DNA of 64,000 bases from an uncultured bacterium (GTDB lineage: Bacteria; Patescibacteriota; Minisyncoccia; UBA6257; 2-01-FULL-56-20). Of this stretch, positions 38,329-47,221 are shown one piece after another. The notes beneath the pieces are model-generated. The model had not been told where the DNA came from. It made no database searches and saw nothing but the letters and a program-made list of their open reading frames with translations. Location: contig CAVRXN010000001.1 of the NCBI GenBank assembly GCA_963725235.1, positions 40,041 to 104,040 of the forward strand. Reading direction: 5' to 3'. Positions within the stretch are counted from its first letter, which is position 1, and every line of letters starts with the position of its first letter. The position numbers and the translations under genes were made by a program.

Positions 38329-40042
38329 TGGTGGCTTTTTGCACCAATCGAGTCCGTCGCAGGATTTTTCAGCTGATGTTATTTCATACAAATCGACATT
38401 TTTCACGGCGAATATTCTGAATTGCCTGAACGCCGTTCCGGGCACGGATGATATTCGTGCTGCGGCCGCTGGATTTTTATTATCACAGCGAAGCGTGCAT
38501 TGGTCGTTCAATTATTGGGCGCGCGATGAGGCGGTGCGGATGACGAAGCCGTATCCCGACGATCTCGATGATACGTTTGTCGCGCTCACTGCGTTGCACG
38601 GTTATGATCCGTCGCTGATAGATGGGACGGCTCTGGCGCACGTTGCGAAACTGCTGACCGCGACCGAGGTCGCGCCGGGTGGTCCGTATCGAACGTGGCT
38701 CGTGGCGGCGGATGCTTTGTCCAGGGCGGCGGCTGATGAGTGGCGCGATGTTGATCTCGTCGTCAATGCTAACATAGGTTCTTTTCTCGTGCGTCTTGGT
38801 ATCATATTGCCAAACCTCGATCGATTTGTCCGCGACCGAGCCGCTGATCGCGAGAGTTTGTGCTCACCTTATTATCCCGGCCCGATGCAGGTCGAATATT
38901 TTGTTGCGCGCTATCTGGGGAATTTGCCGGAGTGGTTTGCGGGATGGCTGGGAGGACGACGAGCGGGGAATATCTATGACCATCCCTATCCGTTTTGCAT
39001 CGACCCGTCGCGTGATGGGAAAACGTGTTACGCCAGCGCGGCTGCTCTGGACGCCGCGCTGTATGCCGAAGCGTTGGCGACATTGGCCGAGAATAATAAA
39101 CAGCAGTCATTTATTTCATCCGAAACTTCACTCGATCGGATTAAGGCGACGGCTCGGGTGCATTCGGGGCGACTCGCCGAACCGTTGCGGGGGATCGTTA
39201 TGCGGGAAATCGACGCGACACAAACTGAGGAGATTGTTACGGTTCCATTTGCCATGCATGTTGCCCTCGGTAAACCGGCTGCAGTTTCGAGCCGGTTGCT
39301 CGACGATCTTGCTCTCGCGAATCTGTATGGTTGGATGGCGTACACGATCTACGATGATGTTTTGGATGGGGATAAGGATGAGCAGGCGACGCGGTTGCGA
39401 TTGTCTGCGGCGAATTTTTTCCTGCGGGAGCTGACGGCGTATTATGTTCGATTGGAGAGCGACATTCCGGGGATCGGTGAATATTTTTCGCTGTTATTGG
39501 ATGGTATCGACAGCGCGAATGCGGAAGAGCAGTTGCTGCGCGCCGGCGAGATTCCGATCGAGCGGCTGGCTGAGCGGAGTTTGGGGCATGCACTGCCGGC
39601 GATTGCGGTGTTGCTGGTGGCAGGTGTGACAAAAAATATGGCATACGAAACTGGCGAGGCCGTTCAGCTGACGATTTCATTCTTTCGAAATTATTTGATC
39701 GCACGCCAGTTGCACGACGATGCACATGATTGGAGCGACGATCTTGCGCATGGGCGATTGAATAGCGCCGGTGCGCGGTTGATGGCGATGCAACCAACGG
39801 GCGCTTCGAATGATCTCGGTGGCCTCAGGAAATTTTTCTGGCGTGAGGCGATTCCGGTTATCGTGGATGATATTAAAAAATACTTAAATAAAGCGCGGGC
39901 TGATCTTGCTGCATTGTCTAAAATGGGTGCGATTATTCAGCCAGCAGCATTTGAGGAGTGGCTGTCGCGGCTCGAGGCCGCCGCCGAGCGGGCTACTATT
40001 GAGCGCGATGAAGTGGATAAATTCGTTACCGCCTTTACTTAA
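38258..40042 (+). CDS. two-part terpenoid-enzyme-like protein: N-terminal prenyltransferase/terpene-cyclase alpha-toroid repeats plus C-terminal class I isoprenoid synthase-like domain
   Basis: QW-like IRKAQLPDGGF; PYPDDLDDTFVALTAL (DxDDT, 38558-38575); C-terminal half with YDDVLDGD (39353-39367) and LHDDAHDWSDD (39716-39730). Confidence 0.6.
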   Translation: MNHRTLEEGMEFCIESIRKAQLPDGGFLHQSSPSQDFSADVISYKSTFFTANILNCLNAVPGTDDIRAAAAGFLLSQRSVHWSFNYWARDEAVRMTKPYPDDLDDTFVALTALHGYDPSLIDGTALAHVAKLLTATEVAPGGPYRTWLVAADALSRAAADEWRDVDLVVNANIGSFLVRLGIILPNLDRFVRDRAADRESLCSPYYPGPMQVEYFVARYLGNLPEWFAGWLGGRRAGNIYDHPYPFCIDPSRDGKTCYASAAALDAALYAEALATLAENNKQQSFISSETSLDRIKATARVHSGRLAEPLRGIVMREIDATQTEEIVTVPFAMHVALGKPAAVSSRLLDDLALANLYGWMAYTIYDDVLDGDKDEQATRLRLSAANFFLRELTAYYVRLESDIPGIGEYFSLLLDGIDSANAEEQLLRAGEIPIERLAERSLGHALPAIAVLLVAGVTKNMAYETGEAVQLTISFFRNYLIARQLHDDAHDWSDDLAHGRLNSAGARLMAMQPTGASNDLGGLRKFFWREAIPVIVDDIKKYLNKARADLAALSKMGAIIQPAAFEEWLSRLEAAAERATIERDEVDKFVTAFT

Positions 40043-40796
40043 AAAACTCGCGGCGCACCCCAATAACCTCATGCACGAACGCGGCCTCATTCTCGCGGCG
40101 CGGGCGCGGCAACGTTATCATGAACGTATGGTCGACGGTATCATTTTTTACCAAAAGCACCTGGTCGGCGAGCGAGACGGCTTCTTCGATAAGATGGGAG
40201 ACCATGACGATTGTCTTGCCGGTGGTGGTCCAGATTTTTATTAAATCTGCATGAAGTTCTTCGGTGGTTTTCGGGTCAAGCGCGGAGAACGGCTCGTCGA
40301 GCAACAAAACATCGGGATCTGTCGCGAGTGCACGGGCGATCCCGACGCGCTGGCGCTGGCCGCCGGACAGGTCGCGCGGATATTTTTCCGCCATCGCCGC
40401 GAGGCCGACCATCTCGATATATTTTTCTGCGGTCGCTTTGATGACGCTTGCGTTCGTCCGTTGCGCGAGTTCCTTCATCTCGATACTCAGCGCGACGTTT
40501 TCGAAAACGGTCATCCAGGGAAAGAGCGCGCCGGATTGGAAGACCATCGAGATGTGCTCCGGTTTCGTCACGCGGCCGGAAGTTGCGTCGGCGAGGCCGG
40601 CGATTATTTTCAAGACGGTCGACTTGCCGCCGCCTGATGGACCGATAATACATAAAAATTCTCCCTTGCGAACCGAAAAGCTGACGTCGCGGAGGGCGAC
40701 TTCTTTGTTGGTGCTGTCGGTATAAATCTTCGACACCTTGTCGAAGACGATGACCGGCGCGGTGCTTGAGTTATTCGAATCGGAAGCGTTCGGCAT
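40035..40796 (-). CDS. ABC transporter ATP-binding protein (NitT/TauT-like)
   Basis: GPSGGGKST Walker A, LSGGQRQRVGIARAL signature, LLLDEPFSALD Walker B. Confidence 0.9.
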   Translation of the reverse strand: MPNASDSNNSSTAPVIVFDKVSKIYTDSTNKEVALRDVSFSVRKGEFLCIIGPSGGGKSTVLKIIAGLADATSGRVTKPEHISMVFQSGALFPWMTVFENVALSIEMKELAQRTNASVIKATAEKYIEMVGLAAMAEKYPRDLSGGQRQRVGIARALATDPDVLLLDEPFSALDPKTTEELHADLIKIWTTTGKTIVMVSHLIEEAVSLADQVLLVKNDTVDHTFMITLPRPRRENEAAFVHEVIGVRREFFK

Positions 40797-41592
40797 AGTG
40801 TAATAATTTTTGCCACACGAAGAAATTTAATAGAGCGATCACGCCGACCATAATCAGGATCGCGACGACGAAGGTGCCGTTGTTGCCGGTTGCGGATGCG
40901 TGGACGAGCAAGCTGCCGATGCCGAAAAGATCTTGTGCGGTCGTGCCGCCCGGGATATAGGTATGCAACACTTCAGCGACGATGATGATGTTCCAGCCGG
41001 ATGCCCAGGCGAGCAATGAGCCGGTGACGAGATAGGGGACGATGGCGGGCAAGGTTACTTTGCGGAGATAGGCCCAGTCATGGACGTTGAAGACCTGGGC
41101 GGCGGCTTTAATATCACCGGGGATAACTTTCAAGCCGCCGACTATGCTGAACAAAATACTCCATAGCATCGTGACGACGAGGACGAAGATTGCGGCGAGA
41201 TTGATGAAGCCGGAATGGATGAAGAGCAAAATGATCAGCGGGAAGAACGCGAGGATTGGGACGGATTGCGCGATGTCGAAGATCGGCAAAAATATTCGTT
41301 CGGCGAGCGCACTGTGTTCGACGAGGAGTGCGAGTGGGATGGCGATGACGAGTGCGATGGCGTAGGAGATTAGGAGGCGGCCGAATGTTGCGAGGAGTGC
41401 GAGGAATGCGTCGCTCGGAGCGACGGTCGTGGCTGGGAGGATCGGGAAGATGGAGAGTCCGCGCAGGATGAGGAAGATGACGACGATCAAAATCAGCGGC
41501 GTAAAAGCGGCGTGCAGGCGCTGCCAGAGCGAAACGGGATAGCTGAAACCGAAGTGCCGGCCGGAGTGGCGGATGTGGCGGCGGTTGTCCAT
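40771..41592 (-). CDS. ABC transporter permease
   Basis: Polytopic, 273 aa. Overlaps the ATPase gene. No binding-protein gene is adjacent. Confidence 0.8.
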   Translation of the reverse strand: MDNRRHIRHSGRHFGFSYPVSLWQRLHAAFTPLILIVVIFLILRGLSIFPILPATTVAPSDAFLALLATFGRLLISYAIALVIAIPLALLVEHSALAERIFLPIFDIAQSVPILAFFPLIILLFIHSGFINLAAIFVLVVTMLWSILFSIVGGLKVIPGDIKAAAQVFNVHDWAYLRKVTLPAIVPYLVTGSLLAWASGWNIIIVAEVLHTYIPGGTTAQDLFGIGSLLVHASATGNNGTFVVAILIMVGVIALLNFFVWQKLLHYAERFRFE

Positions 41593-41695
41593 GTGTTTAT
41601 TATAGCATCTAAAAAGCCGCGGATGCTTTCGTGGCGTCGTTGACAGCGTCTTTCAGGACGGGTATAAAGAAAATGGAACTTTAGGAGGTTTCAAT

Positions 41696-42151
41696 ATGCA
41701 AGAAGAAGCTATCAGGCTGTTCAATAAGCTCGAGGCGAAATTTGGAAGGAGTGCAGTTTTGAAATATATCGAAGCTCGGACTGAAATCGTTCCATCTGTG
41801 GTGCTGGATTGGATTACCAGAAAACCGGGGGTGAGTTCCAATGTTCAGAAACCGATTTTGATATGCCTCCGGAATGCCCGTAATGAAGATTTTCCGGCCG
41901 TGCCTCCGCCGGTACCGTTGGCGGTTAAACCGCAGGTTGAACCGCCGGCTCAACTATCATCGGAACGGTCGCAACCAAAACAAGCATCATCAAAAAAGAA
42001 GCCAGTAGCTCGTCATCCTCTTCGTCGCTCCAATAGAGGATTTATAGCGCAACGGGCGCGTATACGGGAGAACGAAGAGCTGCTCCGATCCATACAGGAA
42101 GAGTTGTGTCGCAAAAAGGTGGTGGAGCAGGAGTCAGAAGGGGTTGGATGA
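41696..42151 (+). CDS. hypothetical protein (151 aa), basic Pro-rich C-terminal half
   Basis: ORF track. A strong AGGAGG lies 8 nt upstream. Confidence 0.55.
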   Translation: MQEEAIRLFNKLEAKFGRSAVLKYIEARTEIVPSVVLDWITRKPGVSSNVQKPILICLRNARNEDFPAVPPPVPLAVKPQVEPPAQLSSERSQPKQASSKKKPVARHPLRRSNRGFIAQRARIRENEELLRSIQEELCRKKVVEQESEGVG

Positions 42152-42178
42152 CATCATCCAACCCCTTAACTATTTTTA
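42140..42178 (+). terminator. intrinsic terminator
   Basis: GGGGTTGGATG-ACAT-CATCCAACCCC followed by TTAACTATTTTTA. The stop codon is inside the stem. Confidence 0.6.
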
Positions 42179-42212
42179 TGGGGCGCTTTTGCTGCCACTG
42201 CGGAAGATGAGA

Positions 42213-43299
42213 TACATCGGTGACACTCTGGTGTTGCCCGATGACCTACAAACTACGGATCAAAAATAGCGGCAAAACGAGGTATGCTGGGCACAACATG
42301 CCTACCTCCCATATCCTGCCGGGGGCGATGGAACTCGCCCGCATTCCAACCCTCAGCCGCGAAGCCAAGAAGCGTCTGGACTGGTTTGATTTCTACCGGG
42401 CAAACAAAGAGAATGCGGCGTTGACCTGCCGCCACTTCGGCATCAGCCGGGAATGTTTTTACGAATGGAAGCGGAGATATGATCCATTCAACCTCTCATC
42501 ACTCGAGGAGAAAAGCCGTGCGCCCAAGAAGACGCGAACGTGGGAAGTGTCACGAATTGAAGAGTTCCGCATCCTGCGTCTGCGTCGCGCCCACATCCGC
42601 TGGGGCAAGATGAAGCTCAGGATTCTGTACGGGCAGGAATATGGCACGCCCATCTCGTCGTGGAAAATCCAGCGAGTGATCGAAAAGCATCAGCTGTATT
42701 TCCATCCGGCGAAGAACGAGAAGCTTGCCAAGAAACGTAAGCAGAACCAGCCCAAAAAACGCATCACGGAGCTCAAGAAGGAGCAACGTGCGGGATTTCT
42801 CGTGGCACTCGACACCGTCGTGCGGCATACGGCCGGACTCAAGCGATATATCCTCACGGGGATCGACGTCCACTCGAAAATCGCCTTTGCGCGGATGTAT
42901 CCGGGGCACGGGTCGAACCATGCGGCTGATTTCCTGAAGCGGATCAATTACCTGTTTGATGCGAAGATCGAGAATCTCCAGACGGACAATGGCAGCGAGT
43001 TTGCAAAATATTTCCGGGAGGCAGCTGCAGAACTTTCGTTGCCGCATTACCATTCGCGTCCGAGAACGCCCAAAGACAATCCCGTGGACGAACGGTTCAA
43101 TGGCACCATCGAGCGGGAATTTCTCCAGCTGGGCAACATGAGTACCGACTGCGATGCCTTCAATCGAAAGATGACCGAGTGGCTGATCGAATACAATTTC
43201 AAGCGTCCCCATCAGACCCTTGGCTACGAGGTACCGGTCGAGTACCATTACAAGAACCAGAAAGTGTCACCGATGTACCCGTCCAGCACAGCCACTTGA
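42213..43299 (+). mobile_element. IS element (IS481-like, single DDE/rve transposase)
   Basis: Perfect 15-bp terminal inverted repeats: TACATCGGTGACACT (42213-42227) and AGTGTCACCGATGTA (43263-43277). The transposase frame runs 22 nt past the right repeat. No target duplication seen. Confidence 0.75.
42298..43299 (+). CDS. IS481-family-like transposase (HTH plus rve integrase core)
   Basis: N-terminal HTH (CRHFGISRECFYEWKRRY), then a DDE core with LQTDNGSEF and FKRPHQTLGY. Confidence 0.85.
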   Translation: MPTSHILPGAMELARIPTLSREAKKRLDWFDFYRANKENAALTCRHFGISRECFYEWKRRYDPFNLSSLEEKSRAPKKTRTWEVSRIEEFRILRLRRAHIRWGKMKLRILYGQEYGTPISSWKIQRVIEKHQLYFHPAKNEKLAKKRKQNQPKKRITELKKEQRAGFLVALDTVVRHTAGLKRYILTGIDVHSKIAFARMYPGHGSNHAADFLKRINYLFDAKIENLQTDNGSEFAKYFREAAAELSLPHYHSRPRTPKDNPVDERFNGTIEREFLQLGNMSTDCDAFNRKMTEWLIEYNFKRPHQTLGYEVPVEYHYKNQKVSPMYPSSTAT

Positions 43300-43326
43300 C
43301 AAATTAGCCTATGTGGAGGTATAATT

Positions 43327-44286
43327 ATGGCAGAACATCGTAAAGGAATTGGAGGATTTACCGTGACAAAAATCACACTGTCGATCGTTTTTTATGTGTT
43401 GCCAGCAGTAATGGCGGCTCATAGTGGAGGAGGTGCAGTATCGGCCGCACGGCCAGCTGCTCCTGCTCGTGTCGGAAATTCTGTAGCTCGATCGAGCTAC
43501 AGCAACACCGCCACTGGTCGCAGTGTCGGTTCTATTGGAGCGAGCCGCTCTGCTGGAGGATTTGGCTTTCGCTTTGGTGGCGGCAATACAAACGCCGCCG
43601 CTCCGCGAGCCACGATTCCGGCACAACGGTTCACCTACACTCCATTGTCGGCGCCACGACTTTCGTCGTCATCGCCAAAAGCGACAGCGGCGCCGGTGGC
43701 ATCTGCGGCAGCTTCTCATGTGACCGTCGTGAAGAACATCACGACGACGAACATTAACTATCGCAACGGCGGATGGGGATGGTCTGGGTGGTATGGTCCA
43801 TGGTGGATCGGCACTTACCCCTTCTACTATTACCCGGAGCAGCTCTACTGGGATCCGCTCCTGAACATTTCGTTTGGCTTCCGACTTCATCATCGGGGTA
43901 CGAAGGAATGTCCAACTGGGATTCAGTTCGACCTGAAACCCGCTGGCAAGTATAAGGAGTGGGCGAAAGGCGGTGTCGTGCAGGAGGTTGATCCCGAAAC
44001 CAACCAAATCAGCATTATCGGCGACGTTGGCAAGGGTGCGAAGGATCCGATTCCACTGGCGCCGGGATTCCATGCTATTCAAGTAACGTTTCCGGATGGG
44101 CGAGTGCTCAAGTTGCCGGTAAGCGTTTCCGAAGGCATAACGCCTGTACCGATCGCGTTCGATAGATCGGAGGACGCAGTTGTTGCTCCGCAGATTCAGC
44201 AGGCGCCAGTCCAGCAGTCGACGACGACTCAGTCGACAGCGCAGCCCGTAGCTGCGGGCGATTCTGCTCCGCGCCTTGATCAGTAA
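43327..44286 (+). CDS. secreted hypothetical protein with Gly/Ala/Ser-rich region, aromatic-rich segment and PEGA-like C-terminal fold
   Basis: ORF track, 319 aa. GGAGG lies upstream. Signal/TM ITLSIVFYVLPAVMA. The opposing 265-aa ORF is Arg-rich and was rejected. Confidence 0.65.
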   Translation: MAEHRKGIGGFTVTKITLSIVFYVLPAVMAAHSGGGAVSAARPAAPARVGNSVARSSYSNTATGRSVGSIGASRSAGGFGFRFGGGNTNAAAPRATIPAQRFTYTPLSAPRLSSSSPKATAAPVASAAASHVTVVKNITTTNINYRNGGWGWSGWYGPWWIGTYPFYYYPEQLYWDPLLNISFGFRLHHRGTKECPTGIQFDLKPAGKYKEWAKGGVVQEVDPETNQISIIGDVGKGAKDPIPLAPGFHAIQVTFPDGRVLKLPVSVSEGITPVPIAFDRSEDAVVAPQIQQAPVQQSTTTQSTAQPVAAGDSAPRLDQ

Positions 44287-44298
44287 CAGATAGATAAC

Positions 44299-44336
44299 AA
44301 GCCCAGCCATGAAATTCGGCTGGGCTTTTTCTTTTT
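44299..44336 (+). terminator. intrinsic terminator
   Basis: AAGCCCAGCC-ATGAAATTC-GGCTGGGCTT followed by TTTCTTTTTG. Confidence 0.75.
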
Positions 44337-44363
44337 GCGTCGCCCCTATTCTCCGTTGCAGAT

Positions 44364-44486
44364 CTACTTCCTCTTCCGCTTCGCCGCTTTTGCTTCGAGC
44401 ATCACGCGTTTCGCCTCCAAGCGTTTCTTGGTTTTTTTTGAATTGCTTTTTTGGCTCGTGATCCAACCGCCTCGTTTTGGTGGCAT
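44364..44486 (-). CDS. possible 40-aa highly basic peptide (MPPKRGGWITSQKSNSKKTKKRLEAKRVMLEAKAAKRKRK)
   Basis: Hand-found small ORF downstream of 44511..44837. No independent support. Confidence 0.25.
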   Translation of the reverse strand: MPPKRGGWITSQKSNSKKTKKRLEAKRVMLEAKAAKRKRK

Positions 44487-44510
44487 GATGATGGTGGGTT
44501 AATTTAATGT

Positions 44511-44837
44511 TTATTTAATAATCGAACCTTCGATGTTTTCGCTGGTTCGTCCGATGCGACCTGAGATTCTCTCTTTGCTCGCCGCAACTGCCGGCTGTTT
44601 CTCGAGTGCGAAGCGGAGTTGGCCTCCGGAATCGAGCCGATAGGAGAGTGTCACTTTGTCGCCGGCGCGGTTTTTAAAAACCAGTTTCGATATCCCGTTC
44701 AGCGCCGGCGCTTTGCTGACATAGCTCGCGATGCCATCCTCTTTTTCCCGGACCAGCCGTTTCGCCTCAAAATCCAGTTTCTGGTTGAGCTCTTTCAGCG
44801 TAACTGGCGTATTATGCTTGGCTTTCGGCTTGTTCAT
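44511..44837 (-). CDS. hypothetical protein (108 aa)
   Basis: ORF track; protein-like composition. Confidence 0.5.
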   Translation of the reverse strand: MNKPKAKHNTPVTLKELNQKLDFEAKRLVREKEDGIASYVSKAPALNGISKLVFKNRAGDKVTLSYRLDSGGQLRFALEKQPAVAASKERISGRIGRTSENIEGSIIK

Positions 44838-45022
44838 GAGGTTTTCAGTATAGCACGGGGTGGGGGAATTTGCCAGATTGATTATCTACGCCTGGTTTGT
44901 TAACCTATGCGAAGTATCCGAAGAAACCGGGAGGGCTGCATGGCAAAATGAGTATATTTATATCCCAGATTTGAAGGAATATGCCAACGCATAAATCTAC
45001 CCCATCCCTCGCATCACTATTT

Positions 45023-45469
45023 CTATCTCACGATTTGCAAAAGCCAGAAGAGCAAGATTAACGCATACGTATTGATAAGAAGTGTCCGCAACCAATGTGT
45101 TTTGAGTATTTTTGTAAGATAGGGACTTTTAGAACCGCGGGGGTCTTGGCTCAACTTCGCTTGCCACTGTCCCCAGAATATCGCGGTAAGCGCTAGCGAT
45201 AAGGCTTGTGTAATGAATACGCCCCAGATTGCCCACTCGGGGGAACCGATGGGGTGATACCAGATGAGTATGATAGAGCCAATGAGCGCAAGTCCAACGG
45301 GTATGAAAATCCAGTATGGGAGTTTTCTCCAATGTACCTCCTGCACCCTACGGAAATCGCTTCCGACCAGCTTCCAAGAACGGAAGATGTCCACTTCCAT
45401 CGCCCAAATCGTGCCGACATTGTAGAAGCCAAGGGCGAGATTGAGTACAAGAAAAACTAGTGGATTCAT
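45023..45469 (-). CDS. 4-TM integral membrane protein
   Basis: ORF track, 148 aa. Lies in an AT-rich region. Confidence 0.6.
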   Translation of the reverse strand: MNPLVFLVLNLALGFYNVGTIWAMEVDIFRSWKLVGSDFRRVQEVHWRKLPYWIFIPVGLALIGSIILIWYHPIGSPEWAIWGVFITQALSLALTAIFWGQWQAKLSQDPRGSKSPYLTKILKTHWLRTLLINTYALILLFWLLQIVR

Positions 45470-45506
45470 CTCGTTAGTGAACGGCCTTTATCTTATTCTA
45501 ACGCGA

Positions 45507-45938
45507 CTATTTTAGCTTGGTATATTTCATATCAAAATCGTGCTCCCATTTCTTGCCATCGAATGATTTTTCCCAGTATGCCGTGATTGTCTTTTTATCC
45601 TTACTTACCCTACCTTCATATCGCTGTGAGAATCCAGGAGAATTGCGCCATATTTTCCAGGTGTTATTTTTGAGACTCATCTCATAGACCCTGGAAACAC
45701 CGCGGGAATCGGAATAAAGGATCGTATAATTCTCGATTTTTTCATCCCGTCCAATGAGCCATATAGCTTCCTTGCCTTGCTCCATAACAAAAAATGCGCC
45801 GTCTTCGACCCATTTAAAAAGAACGCGCCCGTGTATGACAGCTTTCGGATTGGGAAGGAAAGCGGCATGCGAAAGCTCCATGTCCCATTCACCGATAAAT
45901 GGTGCAAGCTGTTTGAGAGTTGGGTTTACTTTTTTCAT
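45507..45938 (-). CDS. hypothetical soluble protein (143 aa)
   Basis: ORF track. Lies in an AT-rich region. No family assigned. Confidence 0.6.
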   Translation of the reverse strand: MKKVNPTLKQLAPFIGEWDMELSHAAFLPNPKAVIHGRVLFKWVEDGAFFVMEQGKEAIWLIGRDEKIENYTILYSDSRGVSRVYEMSLKNNTWKIWRNSPGFSQRYEGRVSKDKKTITAYWEKSFDGKKWEHDFDMKYTKLK

Positions 45939-46033
45939 ACAATTATTATACGTTATCCTTCTAACAATTCTTTCGTTCTACGTCCACGATGGGGTACAAA
46001 AATTAGTGCGATAAAATCTATGAAAAAATGTTG

Positions 46034-46395
46034 CTCCGCGACCAGGACTCGAACCTGGAACCTTATCCTTACACATAGCCCCGATGTTTCCATCAGGAGT
46101 GGACTATATCATCTTCCATGGACCGACTCGTCAGACCGGTTGGTTCATGGAAGCGAGGCGCTTCCGGCGGCGTGAGCGGAATGTTCCGTTCAGCCGACGT
46201 ACTCCCTTGCGGGATAGTCTCTACACCTTCCCAGCGACTGCTGGGCTTGGCTCGGGATTACCAATCGATACGGCACCGGCCGCACCGCTAGGCTTCCCCG
46301 AATTCACCTCGTTCTTCGACCTGGATTGCTCCAGGAAGCTGCGTATGCCTTTCGGCGCGCCACAGGGATTTGCTCTACCATTGAGCTATCGCGGA
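46034..46395 (-). tRNA. tRNA-Asn(GUU) interrupted by a group I intron
   Basis: The 5' exon TCCGCGATAGCTCAATGGTAGAGCAAATCCCTGT (46395-46362) and 3' exon TAAGGATAAGGTTCCAGGTTCGAGTCCTGGTCGCGGAG (46071-46034) make a 72-nt cloverleaf. It has acceptor TCCGCGA/TCGCGGA, D arm GCTC/GAGC, anticodon loop CTGTTAA, T arm CCAGG-TTCGAGT-CCTGG, and U1 plus G73 as in E. coli tRNA-Asn. Confidence 0.85.
46072..46361 (-). ncRNA. group I intron (tRNA-type, IC3-like), 290 nt, no ORF
   Basis: Contains AATTCGGGGAAGCCTAG, AATCCCGAGCCAAGCC and GGAAGGTGTAGAGACTA, which match core strings I recall from the Azoarcus tRNA-Ile and Anabaena tRNA-Leu introns. It ends ...GCTATGTG (terminal G). Exon CUGU can pair with the internal GCAG, giving U-G at the splice site. 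Confidence 0.8.
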
Positions 46396-46526
46396 ATGTT
46401 TGAACTCGAATGGAACCAAACGTGAGTTCTGAAACATAATATCAAAATCAGTCGGGTTTTGCAAAGACGGTGCAAAACTGATATGATGCGGTTGGCATTT
46501 TACCACACATTCAGAGGAGAGAAGAC

Positions 46527-47150
46527 GTGAAAGCTACTATTCCGATTGGTGTATTTTTCGCTTTTACCCTGCTGGTTCAGGCAGAGGAGAGCTCAATTGT
46601 TTCGCCGCCGTCATCACCGGGGTGCATCGAAGCAGGTATGTTGATTGGCAGGGATGGCGCCGCACTCGGACCCTCCGTGATGATTGAAGGTCACCCATGC
46701 TGGGCCAAAAGTATATTATTACAGAAAATCGGCGTGTATGCGTATGCTGGCACATCGAGTGTCTCCGGATACCAAGACCAAGGTGCTACGGCAAATTTTT
46801 CCGATCGTACACTCGGAATCGGCGTCGACTGGCTCGCGTTACCGTTTTGGGGTTTCTCGGCCGGACCTTTTTACCAGATCGCCTATTACGGCAGCAAAGT
46901 CCATGCGACGTATGTCGATTCCCAATATGGTGTAACGGTTAACTATCGAAGCAGTGACAAAGGACCACTCACGACGCTCGGACTCGATATCGAACATCCC
47001 ATCTGGAACGGAGGAACTGCTTTTGGTCGGTTCGGGAGGGACTTCGGAAATAACTTCGCAACGGACAATGCCGGAGGGTTTTCGGTCAACGGCGGCGTGA
47101 AAATTGATCCCGTGAAGATGTTCAAGCAAGTGGGAAAGTTTTTCCGATAG
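46527..47150 (+). CDS. secreted beta-rich hypothetical protein (GTG start)
   Basis: Signal peptide MKATIPIGVFFAFTLLVQA. Alternating Gly/aromatic beta-strand-like pattern. GAGGAG lies upstream. Confidence 0.55.
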   Translation: MKATIPIGVFFAFTLLVQAEESSIVSPPSSPGCIEAGMLIGRDGAALGPSVMIEGHPCWAKSILLQKIGVYAYAGTSSVSGYQDQGATANFSDRTLGIGVDWLALPFWGFSAGPFYQIAYYGSKVHATYVDSQYGVTVNYRSSDKGPLTTLGLDIEHPIWNGGTAFGRFGRDFGNNFATDNAGGFSVNGGVKIDPVKMFKQVGKFFR

Positions 47151-47168
47151 TCTGTTTGGTAGTTCGTT

Positions 47169-47206
47169 TGCCTCGGGCCATAGTTGGTCCGAGGCATTTT
47201 TATTTC
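47169..47206 (+). terminator. intrinsic terminator
   Basis: GCCTCGG-N12-CCGAGGC followed by ATTTTTATTT. Confidence 0.75.
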
Positions 47207-47221
47207 GTGCGCGGCGTCAAT

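Noticed and set aside
42213-43299. Target-site duplication flanking the IS element.
   Set aside because: The sequences immediately outside the 15-bp inverted repeats (…GAGA / CCCG…) do not match, so none is claimed.
46034-46395. Alternative reading of the split tRNA as tRNA-Thr(UGU), with the splice site after U33.
   Set aside because: No internal guide sequence complementary to ...UCCCU was found. CUGU/GCAG pairing with a U-G wobble supports the junction after U35. U1-A72 and G73 fit Asn rather than Thr. This remains to be confirmed experimentally.
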